DNA of 63,498 nucleotides, filler included, from Globobulimina sp. (GCA_003354225.1; 41 parts of 41 records of this genome joined end to end with filler, not necessarily neighbours in it); one strand, 5' to 3'. Shown: positions 10,866 through 23,445, numbered from the whole stretch's first letter. Translations and numbers: made by a program. Notes: generated by a model not told the origin, from the sequence alone.

Positions 10866-11561
10866 ATAGAAATAGTAAATTGGACAATAACAAATTCATT
10901 GTGGCGCTACAGTTCTTTTTATGAATTCCAGCAACTCGCTTATCTGCATTGCCATTATTCAAATATGTATAAATATAAATGGTTATTATATTTGGATGCC
11001 GATGACTCGTTGGTCATATTCAACAACATCGCATTTTCCAACTTTATCCGAAAGATAGAAGGTGATAAATCTATTCATTCTGTACAATTTCCATGGATTG
11101 GATGGAGTTATTGCTGTATTTATGAGATTTTAAACCACAGTGTTGTTCGAAATGAGAATGTCACATTTTGCCAATTGCGACATGCGAAGATATCGAAGTG
11201 GCCTCCACATTATGGAAAGTATATAATGAAACCGACTTTTGTTGACATACCACGGGTACATAAAGTGCAAAGTGCTATGGATCCGAATCCAAATGGGAGC
11301 ACATCAATTTATTTGGGTGGGGATATAAATGACTTTGTCTATGTGCAGCATATGCAAGCTCATAAACTCCGGCCTCGGTTTCAAGCATATGAGCAACATA
11401 TGGAATGTGCGGAATCTTTGAAAAATCACGATTTTCTGTTCCAACAAAACATGGAATTGCTCAATCAATCCATGACCAATTTAAACAATCGAACAAAAAA
11501 ATGGCTGCATATAATGTTCAATACAAATATTGTTTATGCCAATCATTCTTATTATTGTTAA
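10866..11561 (+). CDS. Glycosyltransferase family 92-like (5' partial)
   Basis: KWLLYLDADD (DxD), GKYIMKPTFV..PRVH, YVQH. Confidence 0.7.
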   Translation: MEIVNWTITNSLWRYSSFYEFQQLAYLHCHYSNMYKYKWLLYLDADDSLVIFNNIAFSNFIRKIEGDKSIHSVQFPWIGWSYCCIYEILNHSVVRNENVTFCQLRHAKISKWPPHYGKYIMKPTFVDIPRVHKVQSAMDPNPNGSTSIYLGGDINDFVYVQHMQAHKLRPRFQAYEQHMECAESLKNHDFLFQQNMELLNQSMTNLNNRTKKWLHIMFNTNIVYANHSYYC

Positions 11562-11719
11562 TTTATTGCAATTATTTTAATTCATTTTGTAAAACTACTC
11601 TCCATTGATTTTATTATTTATTATAGTTAAACTACTCTCCATTTATTTTGTTTATTTAATTGTAATGTACGAACGCCAAAACCAAGCTTACTTTATTTGT
11701 ATTTTTCATTACTATTTTA

Positions 11720-12316
11720 ATGACTGTGTATGTCGCTGGTGCTAATAAGAAAGGAGACAGCGGTTTCAATCATGCTCAGCCGATAAACACATTGACAAAA
11801 ATGAATGGAAACAATGAAAATATCACACACATTCATTGCGGAAACGAATTTACAATTTTTAGCAACAACAACCATTCAAACTTATGGGCAGTAGGTAATA
11901 ATTACAATGGTGAATGTGGTGTAAATCAAAAGAAACGCCAATTCTCCAACTAACTGCAATTACTCATTTCAATAAACAAAATATAGAAATAAAAACCATT
12001 TCTGTTGGAGACAGTGTTGCATTTTATATCTCCGACCAACAAAAAGTATACGCAGCCGGCAGTAATAAATACGGACAGTTGGGTCATAAACATGATATCA
12101 TTTGCATTCAACCAAAATGGATTAAGCAGTTAGAAAATGTAATTGCTATCAAAACAGCCGTCTGCTATTCATTAGCTTTATGCACTTCTAACAATCGAAT
12201 ATTTGTAATGATAGCCAATTATTGGTGCACATTATATAAAATACCGATTGATATTATTAATTTGCTTATTTTATACAATAAAACATTTACTGTTTATTCA
12301 ACTGCAACATCACATG
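11720..12316 (+). CDS. RCC1-repeat protein, frameshift ~11927 (3' partial)
   Basis: IHCGNEFT, WAVGNNYNGECG, YAAGSNKYGQLG in two overlapping frames. Confidence 0.8.
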
Positions 12317-12416
12317 NNNNNNNNNNNNNNNNNNNNNNNNNNNNNNNNNNNNNNNNNNNNTTAATTAATTAANNNNNNNNNNNNNNNNNNNNNNNNNNNN
12401 NNNNNNNNNNNNNNNN

Positions 12417-12451
<35 letters not shown>

Positions 12452-12568
12452 AAAAAAAAAAAAAAAAAAAAAAAAGAAAAAAAAAATTAAAAAAAAAACC
12501 ATGCAATTTTGAACAATAAATAAAAGACTTGGAAAAAAAAGACAAAGTAAACACAAACTAGCAACATC

Positions 12569-13615
12569 TCATTCAACATCATCATCTTCCTCACCCTCTG
12601 CTACCTCCTCTGCAGTTTCATCCGTCTTTTTACTTTGCTCCCATTTATATTTAAAATGTAAAACGAGATACAATGTCACAGTCAAAAACAGCACAATGAA
12701 CAAATAAACCGTATGCAACGTAGCAGTCACAACAATAATTTGAAAATTCTCCAATAAATGGTCTTTAACCTTATCGAAACAGACATATTCATTGATACAC
12801 TCTCCCTCACCGTACGTAAACCGACAGCACGGCCCCAAGTTTTTAAAATTACAGCAAAAGTGTTACCATTCGAACTGATGTACCTGGTCATCCGTCAACT
12901 GAACCCATTGCCGCTGCGCGTACTTATACTCTTGGGTTTTGTCGGCAAGCCCCTGCGCTACGGAGGCGATGCCGAATATCAATGATATCAGCAATGAGAC
13001 AATATACAATATCAACATACATTTGCCGCATTTATCGCGCGACTTAGCGCCTAAACAGCCTATGAATGAAGTAACTATGCTCAACACGCCACATACGTAT
13101 GGTACATATATCAATTCTTCTTCCATGGTGCCGTATATTATGCCGGTGCCATCAGCAAAGCTCCAGCCATCTCTTTCTGCGACAATGGCACCGCACGAGA
13201 TTATGCCCGAACCAATCACCATTAATATTTGTATCACATATAAGGATTTTCGAAATATTACTTCCCATTTTGGCATATAGGCAGCAGCTTTAAAGTCGTA
13301 GTTTAATTTGGCATTTGTGCGATCGTAGGTGTTCATAGTTGTTGCTCCACTCGAATGGTTGGGGTCGTATACATAGACTTCGTCGTAATCAGTGTCTATT
13401 ATTTGTGTTTTTTGCTCTTTTGGTTGACTGGATGGTGGGGGACTTGCCTCGAGATCATCTGCGGATTCTTCTTCACCGGACATGATGTAAATATCATCAT
13501 CGTCGTCGTATAGTGCTGGTTCTATGATACCAAACTCTGTGGTATGGATCAGTGTTCCACGAGACATGATGAGATGTTGAATAGTTTTGCAGTTCACTTT
13601 ATTTTTATCACTCAA
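12569..13615 (-). CDS. Tetraspanin-like 4-TM protein with one in-frame TAA
   Basis: Three TMs (SFIGCLGA), Cys-rich loop QFEW*HFCCNF...PCC...C...C, fourth TM; the two ORFs are in the same frame. Confidence 0.7.
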
Positions 13616-14328
13616 TCACAAACATGTATAATACAAGATTAAAATTATTTAATTATCACAATTTAACAACTTAATTATTTAATCTTTAACAAGATTAAAA
13701 TTATTTAACAATTTAATTATTTACACAATTTAACAATTTAATGATTTAAGCAACAAACGACGACATTATCACTAAGTGTATGAAGAGATTGTATAAATTA
13801 TATCAAATTATTAAAATATTAAACGATAAAAACATAAAAATTTGATGTAAACGTCATGTGTTGATGTTNNNNNNNNNNNNNNNNNNNNNNNNNNNNNNNN
13901 NNNNNNNNNNNNTTAATTAATTAANNNNNNNNNNNNNNNNNNNNNNNNNNNNNNNNNNNNNNNNNNNNAAACTGAATATAGGTTCTTGACTTGAACAATA
14001 AAAAAAAAACAATGCCAAACGTATACTAAGCAGCGTCACCGGTTGTTGAAATCCTGTCAGAGCATGATTTTGACCCTACAATTGATATATTTGTATCTCT
14101 TAATGAAAAAATTAAATGAAAAAATTAAATGAAAAAATTGTTTTTGTTTTTGTTTTCGTCACCGGACAAATTAAGCAAATAAATTAAATCAAATACTATT
14201 AAAGTACACAATAACAAGAATTAAGAAAAAAATATAGTATGAAAAAAAATAACAAGAAAAAGACATATAAACTTACCCACAGATACAATTAAGAAAAAAA
14301 AATTATTGATAAAAGAAGTTCGAGTTAT

Positions 14329-15270
14329 TTAATGGTTGGATACTAACACACTCGATTTTTGATTATAATTATAATAATACCAACAACTTAAACTACTGAT
14401 TAATAAAATTGCAAACATAGCAAACATTGATAAAAACGTATTTTGCGCAACCGACACAGTAATTGTTTTTGTTTCCGCTTCATCACCATCCAAAATATTA
14501 ATATTACCATCGGTTTTTGCATCCGGTGGCGGTGAACCACTCTTCCCCACTTCAAATTTTTTAGCCCATTCAGCCATTGAGATGCCTGATTTGTCCAAAT
14601 CTCTGCGTTTTGCTCTTTTTAATGTTTTTGATAAATCAAACCCAAATAATTGCGCTATCTTTTCACCTCGAATATGTTCATCACTTTGGGTACGGGTATT
14701 GGGATTAAGCGCCGCAGCAAATAATTCCTCCTCACTGTCACTGCCACTGTCACGGCCACGACCACGGCCACGGCCACGGCCACTGCCACTGTCACGACCA
14801 CTGTCACTGTCACTGCTACTGTACGACGTGGGAAAAGCGGTCGGAGTGTTGGTCGGAGTGCTTGTCAGACAGACGTCATCACCAAAGATAATATCTGTAA
14901 AGTTGCTGGCACAAACTGCTTCTTCAACCTCTTCGCAATGACCACCATCATCAGCTAAACATGTAAGACCTTGACATATATTAAAACCCAGCCTTTCACA
15001 GTCCCCCTCACCTACATAAATATCGCCCTCTGCTGGATCAAAAAAAAATATATTGGCGCAACATAAATCACCATAACAACATATATTCAAGGTGGCATCA
15101 ACACCTTCCCCTCCCGCTTCCACTGGCATGGTACATGTTGAAGCAAATGGATCATAAATGCCAATGTCCTCCAAACATACAGATTCCACATAAGGGAGAG
15201 GGAAGGCAATGGGGATTTCTTCCTCAAAGAGAAATCCAGCACAACCTATCAAAGATTCAGCGCAGCCCAT
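14329..15270 (-). CDS. Cys-rich membrane protein with PT/GR low-complexity linker
   Basis: 313-aa ORF with C-terminal TM helix. Confidence 0.6.
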   Translation of the reverse strand: MGCAESLIGCAGFLFEEEIPIAFPLPYVESVCLEDIGIYDPFASTCTMPVEAGGEGVDATLNICCYGDLCCANIFFFDPAEGDIYVGEGDCERLGFNICQGLTCLADDGGHCEEVEEAVCASNFTDIIFGDDVCLTSTPTNTPTAFPTSYSSSDSDSGRDSGSGRGRGRGRGRDSGSDSEEELFAAALNPNTRTQSDEHIRGEKIAQLFGFDLSKTLKRAKRRDLDKSGISMAEWAKKFEVGKSGSPPPDAKTDGNINILDGDEAETKTITVSVAQNTFLSMFAMFAILLISSLSCWYYYNYNQKSSVLVSNH

Positions 15271-15520
15271 AATGATTGTTGTTGATTAAATTACTAAGGA
15301 TGGAATGAGGATTTGCTTAATTCACAGGGATTAAAAGGGATAACAAAGGAAAATGCAGTGAATTGTTGTTGGTTTATTGTATTACTACTTTAGAAGCGAT
15401 GCAACTCTGTAAGTGTGATTNNNNNNNNNNNNNNNNNNNNNNNNNNNNNNNNNNNNNNNNNNNNTTAATTAATTAANNNNNNNNNNNNNNNNNNNNNNNN
15501 NNNNNNNNNNNNNNNNNNNN

Positions 15521-16828
15521 TGTTGATAAAAACGTAAAAGCAATGGTCGCGCTGGCTATCCGATTAACAAATACACAGAGTGCCAGTCCCTGTGCTCTTA
15601 TCGTCAATGGGAACACTTCAGCCGCAACAATCCAACATACAGCACCCCAGGCAGTGCTAAACGAGGCCATAAAGGCACACTGTAAAAATATAGCCAACGC
15701 GACCGGTCTTTCGTTATTTGGCCATATGTTTGGTAGAAAAGAAAGGCCCAAACCAAATAAACAGATTGTCATTAAACCCGACGATATCAACAGCAATGTT
15801 TTCCTGCCGACTTTATCCAAAAACAATGCTGGAACCAAAAGGAATATAAACTTTGATAGACCCACAAAAGTTGTATATAGCAATACATTTTGTTGACTCA
15901 TTCCAATTTCGTCAAAAATAGTTGGTGTATAATACACTGCCGACTCATTGCCTGAAGCTTGTTGGAAGAAACACAAAGTCACACCAATAAATAATGACAT
16001 TTTCATATATCTTTCGTCTGAATATATACACGAACATAATATAACATTCCAACCAATGTTTTTGCTCTCTTCTTCCAAAATTAATGTCTGTTTGATGTCT
16101 TCCATTTGATTATTCACAAGATCTGCATCATAGCCATGTATTTTATTCAATGTATCCTTTGCTTCTTTGTGTCGGCCATTTTGAATCAACCAATGCGGCG
16201 ATTCAGGCATAAATAGCATGGCAATGAATAATAACATGGCAGGAATGATCCCTAAACCAACCATAATTCTCCACTTAATCGCATCAGGATATGATGTATA
16301 AAAAAATAACCATCCAACAATATATCCCAATAATATGCCACCATTAATCCCCATTTCATCAAAGGTTAACAATCTGCCTCTGATATTTGATGGTGATATC
16401 TCAGCAATGTACAAGGGAGTGACCATTAAACCGATACCAACCCCAATTCCTAACAAAATCCGACTTAAAACAATTATAAAAAATATTTTCGTTGCTGCCA
16501 TCATCAAAGCTCCAACAAAGAAAATTATTGCTGAACAAGCAATGGTAGCGCGTCTACCAAATGCACGTGCAATCTGACCAGACAGTAACCCTCCAAACGC
16601 TGAAAAAAAGTTCAATGATGCAATTATTGTCTCTTTCTGCATATTGCTTAGTTCTAAATCATTGTCCATGTACAAAATGGCTCCACTCATTATTCCAGTG
16701 TCGTAACCTAATAAAAGGGAACCTAAACAGGCAAACAGTACATTCCGGTATATATAAAACGAGGAGGAAACAATAGCCGAGCTCGATGGTAACAGACTTT
16801 GTGTTGGATTTTCAGCTGTTGACGACAT
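15521..16828 (-). CDS. MFS sugar porter (polyol/monosaccharide transporter), 3' partial
   Basis: GYDTG, FGRR, YIAEISP..RG, PESP, QQASG, DKVGRK, AEVFP motifs. Confidence 0.95.
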
Positions 16829-17072
16829 TATGAAAATAACTCTTTAAACGATATATTAGACTATGTCCAACCAACGGTTTTTTTAAACGTTAACTTTTAA
16901 TGTTAACTTATCTTTAAATAAGAGGATTGCTTGCCAGCTGCGTGGATTAATAATTTGTCTTCGTAGTATGTCNNNNNNNNNNNNNNNNNNNNNNNNNNNN
17001 NNNNNNNNNNNNNNNNTTAATTAATTAANNNNNNNNNNNNNNNNNNNNNNNNNNNNNNNNNNNNNNNNNNNN

Positions 17073-18523
17073 CATCATCACTAAATACATAATCATCTTT
17101 CTCTTTTTTCCCTTTCTTTTTAGCGCTCCTTTTTCCATCCTTAAACCGCTCCAATTCCTCCTCATTAAAACGAGTAAAACTGAAATCCTCATCACTTAGT
17201 TCCAAAAACTCCTTTATTCCCTTTGCTAACTGGCATTGATTGGAATGCCTCCGCCTATTAAACTTATCCCGCATCTTTTTCATCTTTTCATTGTAGAAAA
17301 CCACGGGATGCCAGTTCATATTCCACACCTTCACAATCTCTGCATTCTCAACACTAAATTGGTGGTTGTTGCGCAATGAGAGCCTATTCGTTCTGTTCTG
17401 AGCCATACCGCGTCTGTCCCCGCACGCAAATGAAACCACTTAGCCTTTGTCGGCACTCATTGCGATGCAATCGATTGCATTCAAATTATGTGTGCCGATG
17501 GCATGGATAAACTTATGGGGATAGATGGAGATTAATCGAACAACGCCGTCGCCACAGCCGGTAATACAACAGTCCTCATCGTATTTGACAATGCAACTTA
17601 AGTTCGTCGAGTGTCCCAATACGCGGTCCTTGTACCAATCCCATTGATTGTAATGAAATATATTCAGAAAACCAGAGGTCATTCCACTGCATAATTTGCG
17701 GCCATATTTCATCAAACAAAGTGATAATATCTCATCCCCCATTTTGTCGCTTATATCAATCAATGTTTTTGGTTTTATTTCTTCCGCTTCTTCGCGATCG
17801 CCAAACATACGCAATAATTCATTTTCCTTTTCCTTTTGACTTTGATGTTGGCGCCGTTTCTTAGCCAATGCCTTTTTTTTCTTGCGTTCCATTTGTATTC
17901 TGATGGCATTTAAGTCTGACGATTTGCGTAAGTCCCACACAGATATTTGGCCATCGCCACTTCCTGCAATTAGACGGTGTTTGGAAGGGATGGATTCAAA
18001 GCAATTTATGCCATCTTCGTGTTGACACAGTTTGTGTTTTAGATCACTGACATACTGATACTGCCGCTGTGACTTGTTATTTTTCTGTAAATCGACTCGA
18101 ATGTCCCAACAACGAATAATTCCATCAATGTCACCGCTGATCAATGTCGTAGCATTGTACATTTTTATTGTGCTCAGTTTGCAGGTTTCAGTGTCAAATG
18201 CATTGTTATTAAAATGATGAATAAGCGATTCTTTGCTATGATCAAATATGCCAATTTCTGAATCATTCCAGGCACCAAAAATAAGGGAACCATCCCCGTT
18301 AAATAAGCTTTCTTTGCATGGCACGGCGTGGTGCGGTTTGTAGTTAGTACTCGAGCTCTCCATTGAAATGGAATCAATTTTATGATCATCACAGTCATCC
18401 TCATCCTCCTCATCCTCATCTTCGTTAAAATCAAAAGTAAATTGTTGATTGTTTTTAAGTTGCAATTCTTTGAGAGGTTGCATTTTGGCCTCATTGCTTT
18501 CAATTAATTGTTCAAGGGATTGC
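17073..18523 (-). CDS. WDR55: WD repeat-containing protein 55-like with one in-frame TAA (partial)
   Basis: WD40 repeats, GSGDG, DEILSL..MKYGRK, ITGCGDGVVRLISIYPHKF; frame continues past the stop at 17440-17442 to IVKVWNM. Confidence 0.75.
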
Positions 18524-18641
18524 NNNNNNNNNNNNNNNNNNNNNNNNNNNNNNNNNNNNNNNNNNNNTTAATTAATTAANNNNNNNNNNNNNNNNNNNNN
18601 NNNNNNNNNNNNNNNNNNNNNNNCAAAAACCTACTAAGAGC

Positions 18642-20074
18642 ATGGCATCTGCATTGAGTCTTATCGACGATATTGTGTTATGGGCGGAACAAACACAGAT
18701 TTCAAAACCAATTGAGAATGAAAGTAAAACAGATGAGAAAGAATTGGACTTCACAAATTATTTAGCAATTGAAACAGTTGGTGGTGCATCTTTTCATCCG
18801 CACAAAGATGAAATTGTATTTATATATAATGCGTCGGGACTTTATCAAATTTATAAATGTTTAGTTCAACCAAATCAAGAACCAATTTGGCCGCAAAGAT
18901 TAACACATTCTAATGATAGATGCACAAATCCAAAATATTTATATGATGGAACAATAGTTTACGTATCAGACAGCGGCGGAAATGAACACTTTCAAATCTA
19001 TTTAATTGATAATAACAATATGACCCATAAATTATCGACAGATTTGCATGCAAAACATGAGCTATCTTTATCCACCAAAAAGTATTTATATTTCTCCGCA
19101 AATATTAACAATAAATCCAAATTTGACATATATCGCCAAAAATTACCATTATTAAAATTTAAATCGCAAATTATATGCCCTGCGTTATCAGGAATTATCG
19201 GAGTTAATTGTTATTCGCCAAATGATGAAAATATAATTGTTGTTGGTCATTATTTATCCAATGCACATTCAGAATTAATATTAATTGATATGAATAACAA
19301 TGGAAAACAAACAATGTTAACCTCGAAATACAACAATATTGAAAACAAAACGACCTTTCAATGGCAAGCAATACGATTTATTGATGACAAACATTTATTA
19401 TGTATTACAAATTATAAATGCGATTTTATCCGACCAATTATTTTAAATATTTGCAATTTGGATATTATATATTTTAAACAGATCGAAACATCCATCAAAT
19501 GGAATTATGAACATTTTGAATATAATGACAATGATAAATATACATATTTTAGCATGAATGAGAATGGATATTCTGTATTATATAAATGCATCTTTGCTCT
19601 TCAAAGTATTGCAGATTTAAACAGAATAAACTTACCATTTAAATGTGTATTATCCGCAGGAGATCAACGATCATATACAAAAGCAATGAGTCTTAATTCC
19701 AAGAATAATTTATTAGCATTTACAATGTCAAACAGTTATAAACCAAAAAATATGTTTGTTATTAATGTAAATGAAATGAAATGTAAACAAATATCATCCG
19801 TATCAACACCTGGCATAAATATAAATGATTTTGTTGATTCCACATTGCATTCATTTCAATCTTTTGATGGTTTGCCAATTTGCTATTTTCGATACAAACC
19901 AATAAATAAAAAATTAATAAAAATAATAAATTTTATCCAACCATAATTGTCATTCATGGTGGTCCAGAATGTCAATATCGTCCATCATTTACATCATTAA
20001 TGCAATTTTATGTGGCCGCAGGATTTATGGTCATAGCACCAAATGTGCGCGGTTCATCTGGCTATGGTAAAACA
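18642..20074 (+). CDS. S9 prolyl oligopeptidase-family peptidase, frameshift ~19905 (3' partial)
   Basis: Beta-propeller (DSGGNEHFQIY), SFDGLPI, then in a shifted frame YPTIIVIHGGPE...APNVRGSSGYGK. Confidence 0.88.
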
Positions 20075-20504
20075 NNNNNNNNNNNNNNNNNNNNNNNNNN
20101 NNNNNNNNNNNNNNNNNNTTAATTAATTAANNNNNNNNNNNNNNNNNNNNNNNNNNNNNNNNNNNNNNNNNNNNTGTATGTTGGAATGACAACACTGCGC
20201 AATTAATTGCCTATGATGACCACAGCCAATCTCTTCGTGTGTTTTGTTTCTGATGTTTAAAATTGTGAGTGTGGTGTGTCTGGTATATGGAAAACGTCTT
20301 TTATTTCTTATACAAAAATAAGCTGTAATTAAAATACTTAACACCACCATGGGAACGTTGCATTCTGCACTTTTGGAATATTGTCATCATAACATTACGT
20401 TCATGGGAGAGCAGATTTACATTTTTATGTTCTAAAAACGTTTTTAAGCTCAACTCATCTTTCAGTTCCCTGACAATGTTTTTTTTACAAAATATCTGAG
20501 TAGA

Positions 20505-21620
20505 ATGCCGGCGACGACAGCAATAAGAAAACGCAAACAAGCGTATCGCTCCGCGGTGGAGGTGGATGTGACCACAATTCGTTACACTCAAACCTCGGTA
20601 AAAGACACATTTAGCAATGGGGCCCCTTTATCGTGGACCATCTACATGTTAAAAACCGGGCAAATAAAACCGAGAGAATTACCCCTTATTCGCATCGGTT
20701 GTGTGGAGAACCAGTGGCGTACCATCGACAATCGCCGTTTATATTGTTTCAAGACCGCCGGTCTGAAGAAAATCCCAGCCATCATAATGCAAGATGTGTC
20801 CGCCGAATTTGTGTATAAGAACCAGTCCTATAATGATGGTCTAACCATCAATTTAATCCATGATCCACCTCCAAATATTGACCATAACCAAATGATTATG
20901 GCGTACGACCCACAAACCTCTGAATGCAAACGGTGGAAAATCATCACTGTCATCCAGCAAACCAAGGAATTGAAGTTGATGCAGACTGAAGATGCGAATC
21001 AAACCACTGTGAAAATAACGGATAACATTCACTTAAACAATGAACAAAAACAGAAAGAAGTCAGCACCGAAATGAATAATAATAATTACTATGTTGGCGG
21101 GGATCAGTCATATTATTATCAGGCACCTCCAGTACAAATAAATAATTTGCCTGTCGTGCCCAGTACGGATATGCGTCGCTATCATAGTGACTCGACTTTA
21201 TTGCAAATGAAGAACAATAATATCGCGGCGGACGCGAGTCTGAGTCAGATGCAGTCGATAAATAACAAGGAGCGGATCAAGCAGTTACAGAGCGAGAATA
21301 AGAAAGAGGAGGAATTGAAGTGGGTGCAATATATGGATAACGATGATAACAATCACACGAATTTGCTTATTCATAATCTGAGCAAATATCATCTGTGTCC
21401 ACAAAATGTACAAAATGTGCACGTGAATCAGTTGCAATTGCAAACAAATATTAATGTCAATATTGAGAATAATGTTCATGAGTTGGACGAAACTTATGTC
21501 AAAAACCATATCTTTTCTGTGTTGAATGACCTTAAACAGAAATATTGTCATCGGCAAGATTTGTTTTTTAATGTGATTGAGCAGTATGTTAAGCAGTATG
21601 TTAAGCAGAGGAAAAAATAA
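20505..21620 (+). CDS. Protein with N-terminal ParB/Srx-like domain
   Basis: IRYTQTSVKDTFSNG..L...PLIRI....WRTIDNRRLYCFK, followed by a Q/N-rich tail. Confidence 0.65.
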   Translation: MPATTAIRKRKQAYRSAVEVDVTTIRYTQTSVKDTFSNGAPLSWTIYMLKTGQIKPRELPLIRIGCVENQWRTIDNRRLYCFKTAGLKKIPAIIMQDVSAEFVYKNQSYNDGLTINLIHDPPPNIDHNQMIMAYDPQTSECKRWKIITVIQQTKELKLMQTEDANQTTVKITDNIHLNNEQKQKEVSTEMNNNNYYVGGDQSYYYQAPPVQINNLPVVPSTDMRRYHSDSTLLQMKNNNIAADASLSQMQSINNKERIKQLQSENKKEEELKWVQYMDNDDNNHTNLLIHNLSKYHLCPQNVQNVHVNQLQLQTNINVNIENNVHELDETYVKNHIFSVLNDLKQKYCHRQDLFFNVIEQYVKQYVKQRKK

Positions 21621-21725
21621 AAGAANNNNNNNNNNNNNNNNNNNNNNNNNNNNNNNNNNNNNNNNNNNNTTAATTAATTAANNNNNNNNNNNNNNNNNNN
21701 NNNNNNNNNNNNNNNNNNNNNNNNN

Positions 21726-22321
21726 AAATAACTACATAGTTCAAACCTGATTGAATCTGATTTTTTCTTTTTTTCTTGATTTCTATGTATTTGTTTTGGC
21801 ATAAAATGGGAATAAAATACATGTTTATTTATAGTTAACTTTGTATTGTTATTTGATGTAAGAATATGCGGCGATGTTGACATGGACAGTGATGGTAATG
21901 TATCTATATCAAATTGGACTTGTTTAGTATTTGTAGCAGTAAATAATGATTGTGATTGTAGCAATGATGATTGTTCTGGGAAATTGTGGAATAATTCTAT
22001 GCCATTTCCAACGTTGATGGTTGCCGGCGATACAGTGGAGGCACTGACAATTGATATATTTGATGGTGAGGTTGATGGTAAATTCTCATTTTGTGTGTTT
22101 GTATTTGGGTGTATTGGACTGATTGAATTAAAATATAAATTGGCTGCTCGTTGTGGATTTAGATCCGCTTTCAATAAAAATTCTAATAATTCACTATCCG
22201 ATGCGCCAAGAACCACCGATTGCAATGCTTGCAATTTCCCAGTGACTCCGATGGTTGATATACCATATAAGTGAGCTACTTGTTGGAGTTTGGTTTGAGT
22301 GTCGTTGTAGGAAGGATCCAT
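21726..22321 (-). CDS. Protein with N-terminal UBA-like domain (3' partial)
   Basis: ELLEFLLKADLNPQRAANLYFN. Confidence 0.5.
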
Positions 22322-22390
22322 GTGGAAAGATGGAAAGATTTTTCTCTTTTTCTAATTTAAACAAACAAAAAAACATTCCTTAGTAAAATC

Positions 22391-22907
22391 ATGGCTTGTT
22401 TATATTTTGTGCTAACTGTTGCTTGCTTTGTTGGAGCGATATCATACGACTCATATGATTTTGATTTTTGTCCTAAACCATTGGAATTTAATACAATGAG
22501 AGATTTCTACGCTTATCAAAAACAGCTAGAACGATGTAAAGGAAGAAGAACTGATGTATCGTGTTTGGTTAACAGATGCCTATACCTCTATGGGTGCTAA
22601 ATGTTTGGATGGAACAGTGCCAGCGTTTTATTTTCGCCCTGGCACTGGTAATGGCACAACTAAATTTCATATATTTTTGCAAGGTACATATATATAATGT
22701 ATTATTTTATAAATTCAATCAGTTTATAATTATACCAGGTGGAGGATGGTGTGCAGGTTTTAATGAATCTGTTAGTGGAATGGCTACTTGCTTCGCAAAA
22801 TCTAATTCAAATGTTGGTTCCAGCAAAACATGGCAGCAATACATGATCGGTGGTCAACAACTCAGTTATAATGCACAAGCAAATCCTTTATCATAATTGG
22901 AACACAG
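22391..22907 (+). pseudogene. Pectin acetylesterase/Notum-family gene fragment with two frameshifts
   Basis: Signal peptide; GAKCLDGTVPAFYFRPG, IFLQG|GGWC across an intron ~22684-22738, NP..HNWN; shifts ~22538 and ~22888. Confidence 0.8.
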
Positions 22908-23276
22908 GTTTGATGAACTTATACATTTTGACTGCTGTGCACATACAAACCTTTTGTTTTATTCGTGAAACAATGGTTTTTATTATGTAATCAATCTTTC
23001 CTTGTTTGTTATTGTTTGGTTGTTTATTATTTAAAGTTTTCTTTACAAGTTTTTAAGTTTTTGTTTCTGTTTTTTTACGAAACCAGTCTCGACACAGAAA
23101 CAAGTGCGAAGTACTATTATTATTATTAATCGTCATATACTATTATTATTACATTAACTTATTAGTCGATGTCGTTNNNNNNNNNNNNNNNNNNNNNNNN
23201 NNNNNNNNNNNNNNNNNNNNTTAATTAATTAANNNNNNNNNNNNNNNNNNNNNNNNNNNNNNNNNNNNNNNNNNNN

Positions 23277-23326
23277 CTTATACCTTACCCAATAAAAATC
23301 TGACGCTGAAGACCGGATGTTCTTGT
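23277..23326. repeat. Partial copy of the MITE at 53555-53703
   Basis: cttataccttacccaataaaaatctgacgctgaagacc is the near-exact reverse complement of 53566-53604. Confidence 0.85.
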
Positions 23327-23445
23327 ACACCGAGTGCGAGGATACAAAAAATAGCTTCATGCGCTTTCCATCATGGTAAAAATTATAATTAATTAAGTTA
23401 AACTCTTAAAAGAGTTATTCAACACAACAAGAACTTATATACATT

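Noticed and set aside
12417-12498. Poly(A) tail or poly-Phe ORFs
   Set aside because: Wrong strand for a tail of the adjacent minus-strand gene; low-complexity contig edge
12863-17442. Genome-wide TAA reassignment (ciliate-like code)
   Set aside because: Only two internal TAAs; CAA is used freely and several genes end cleanly in TAA (e.g. 34822, 40138)
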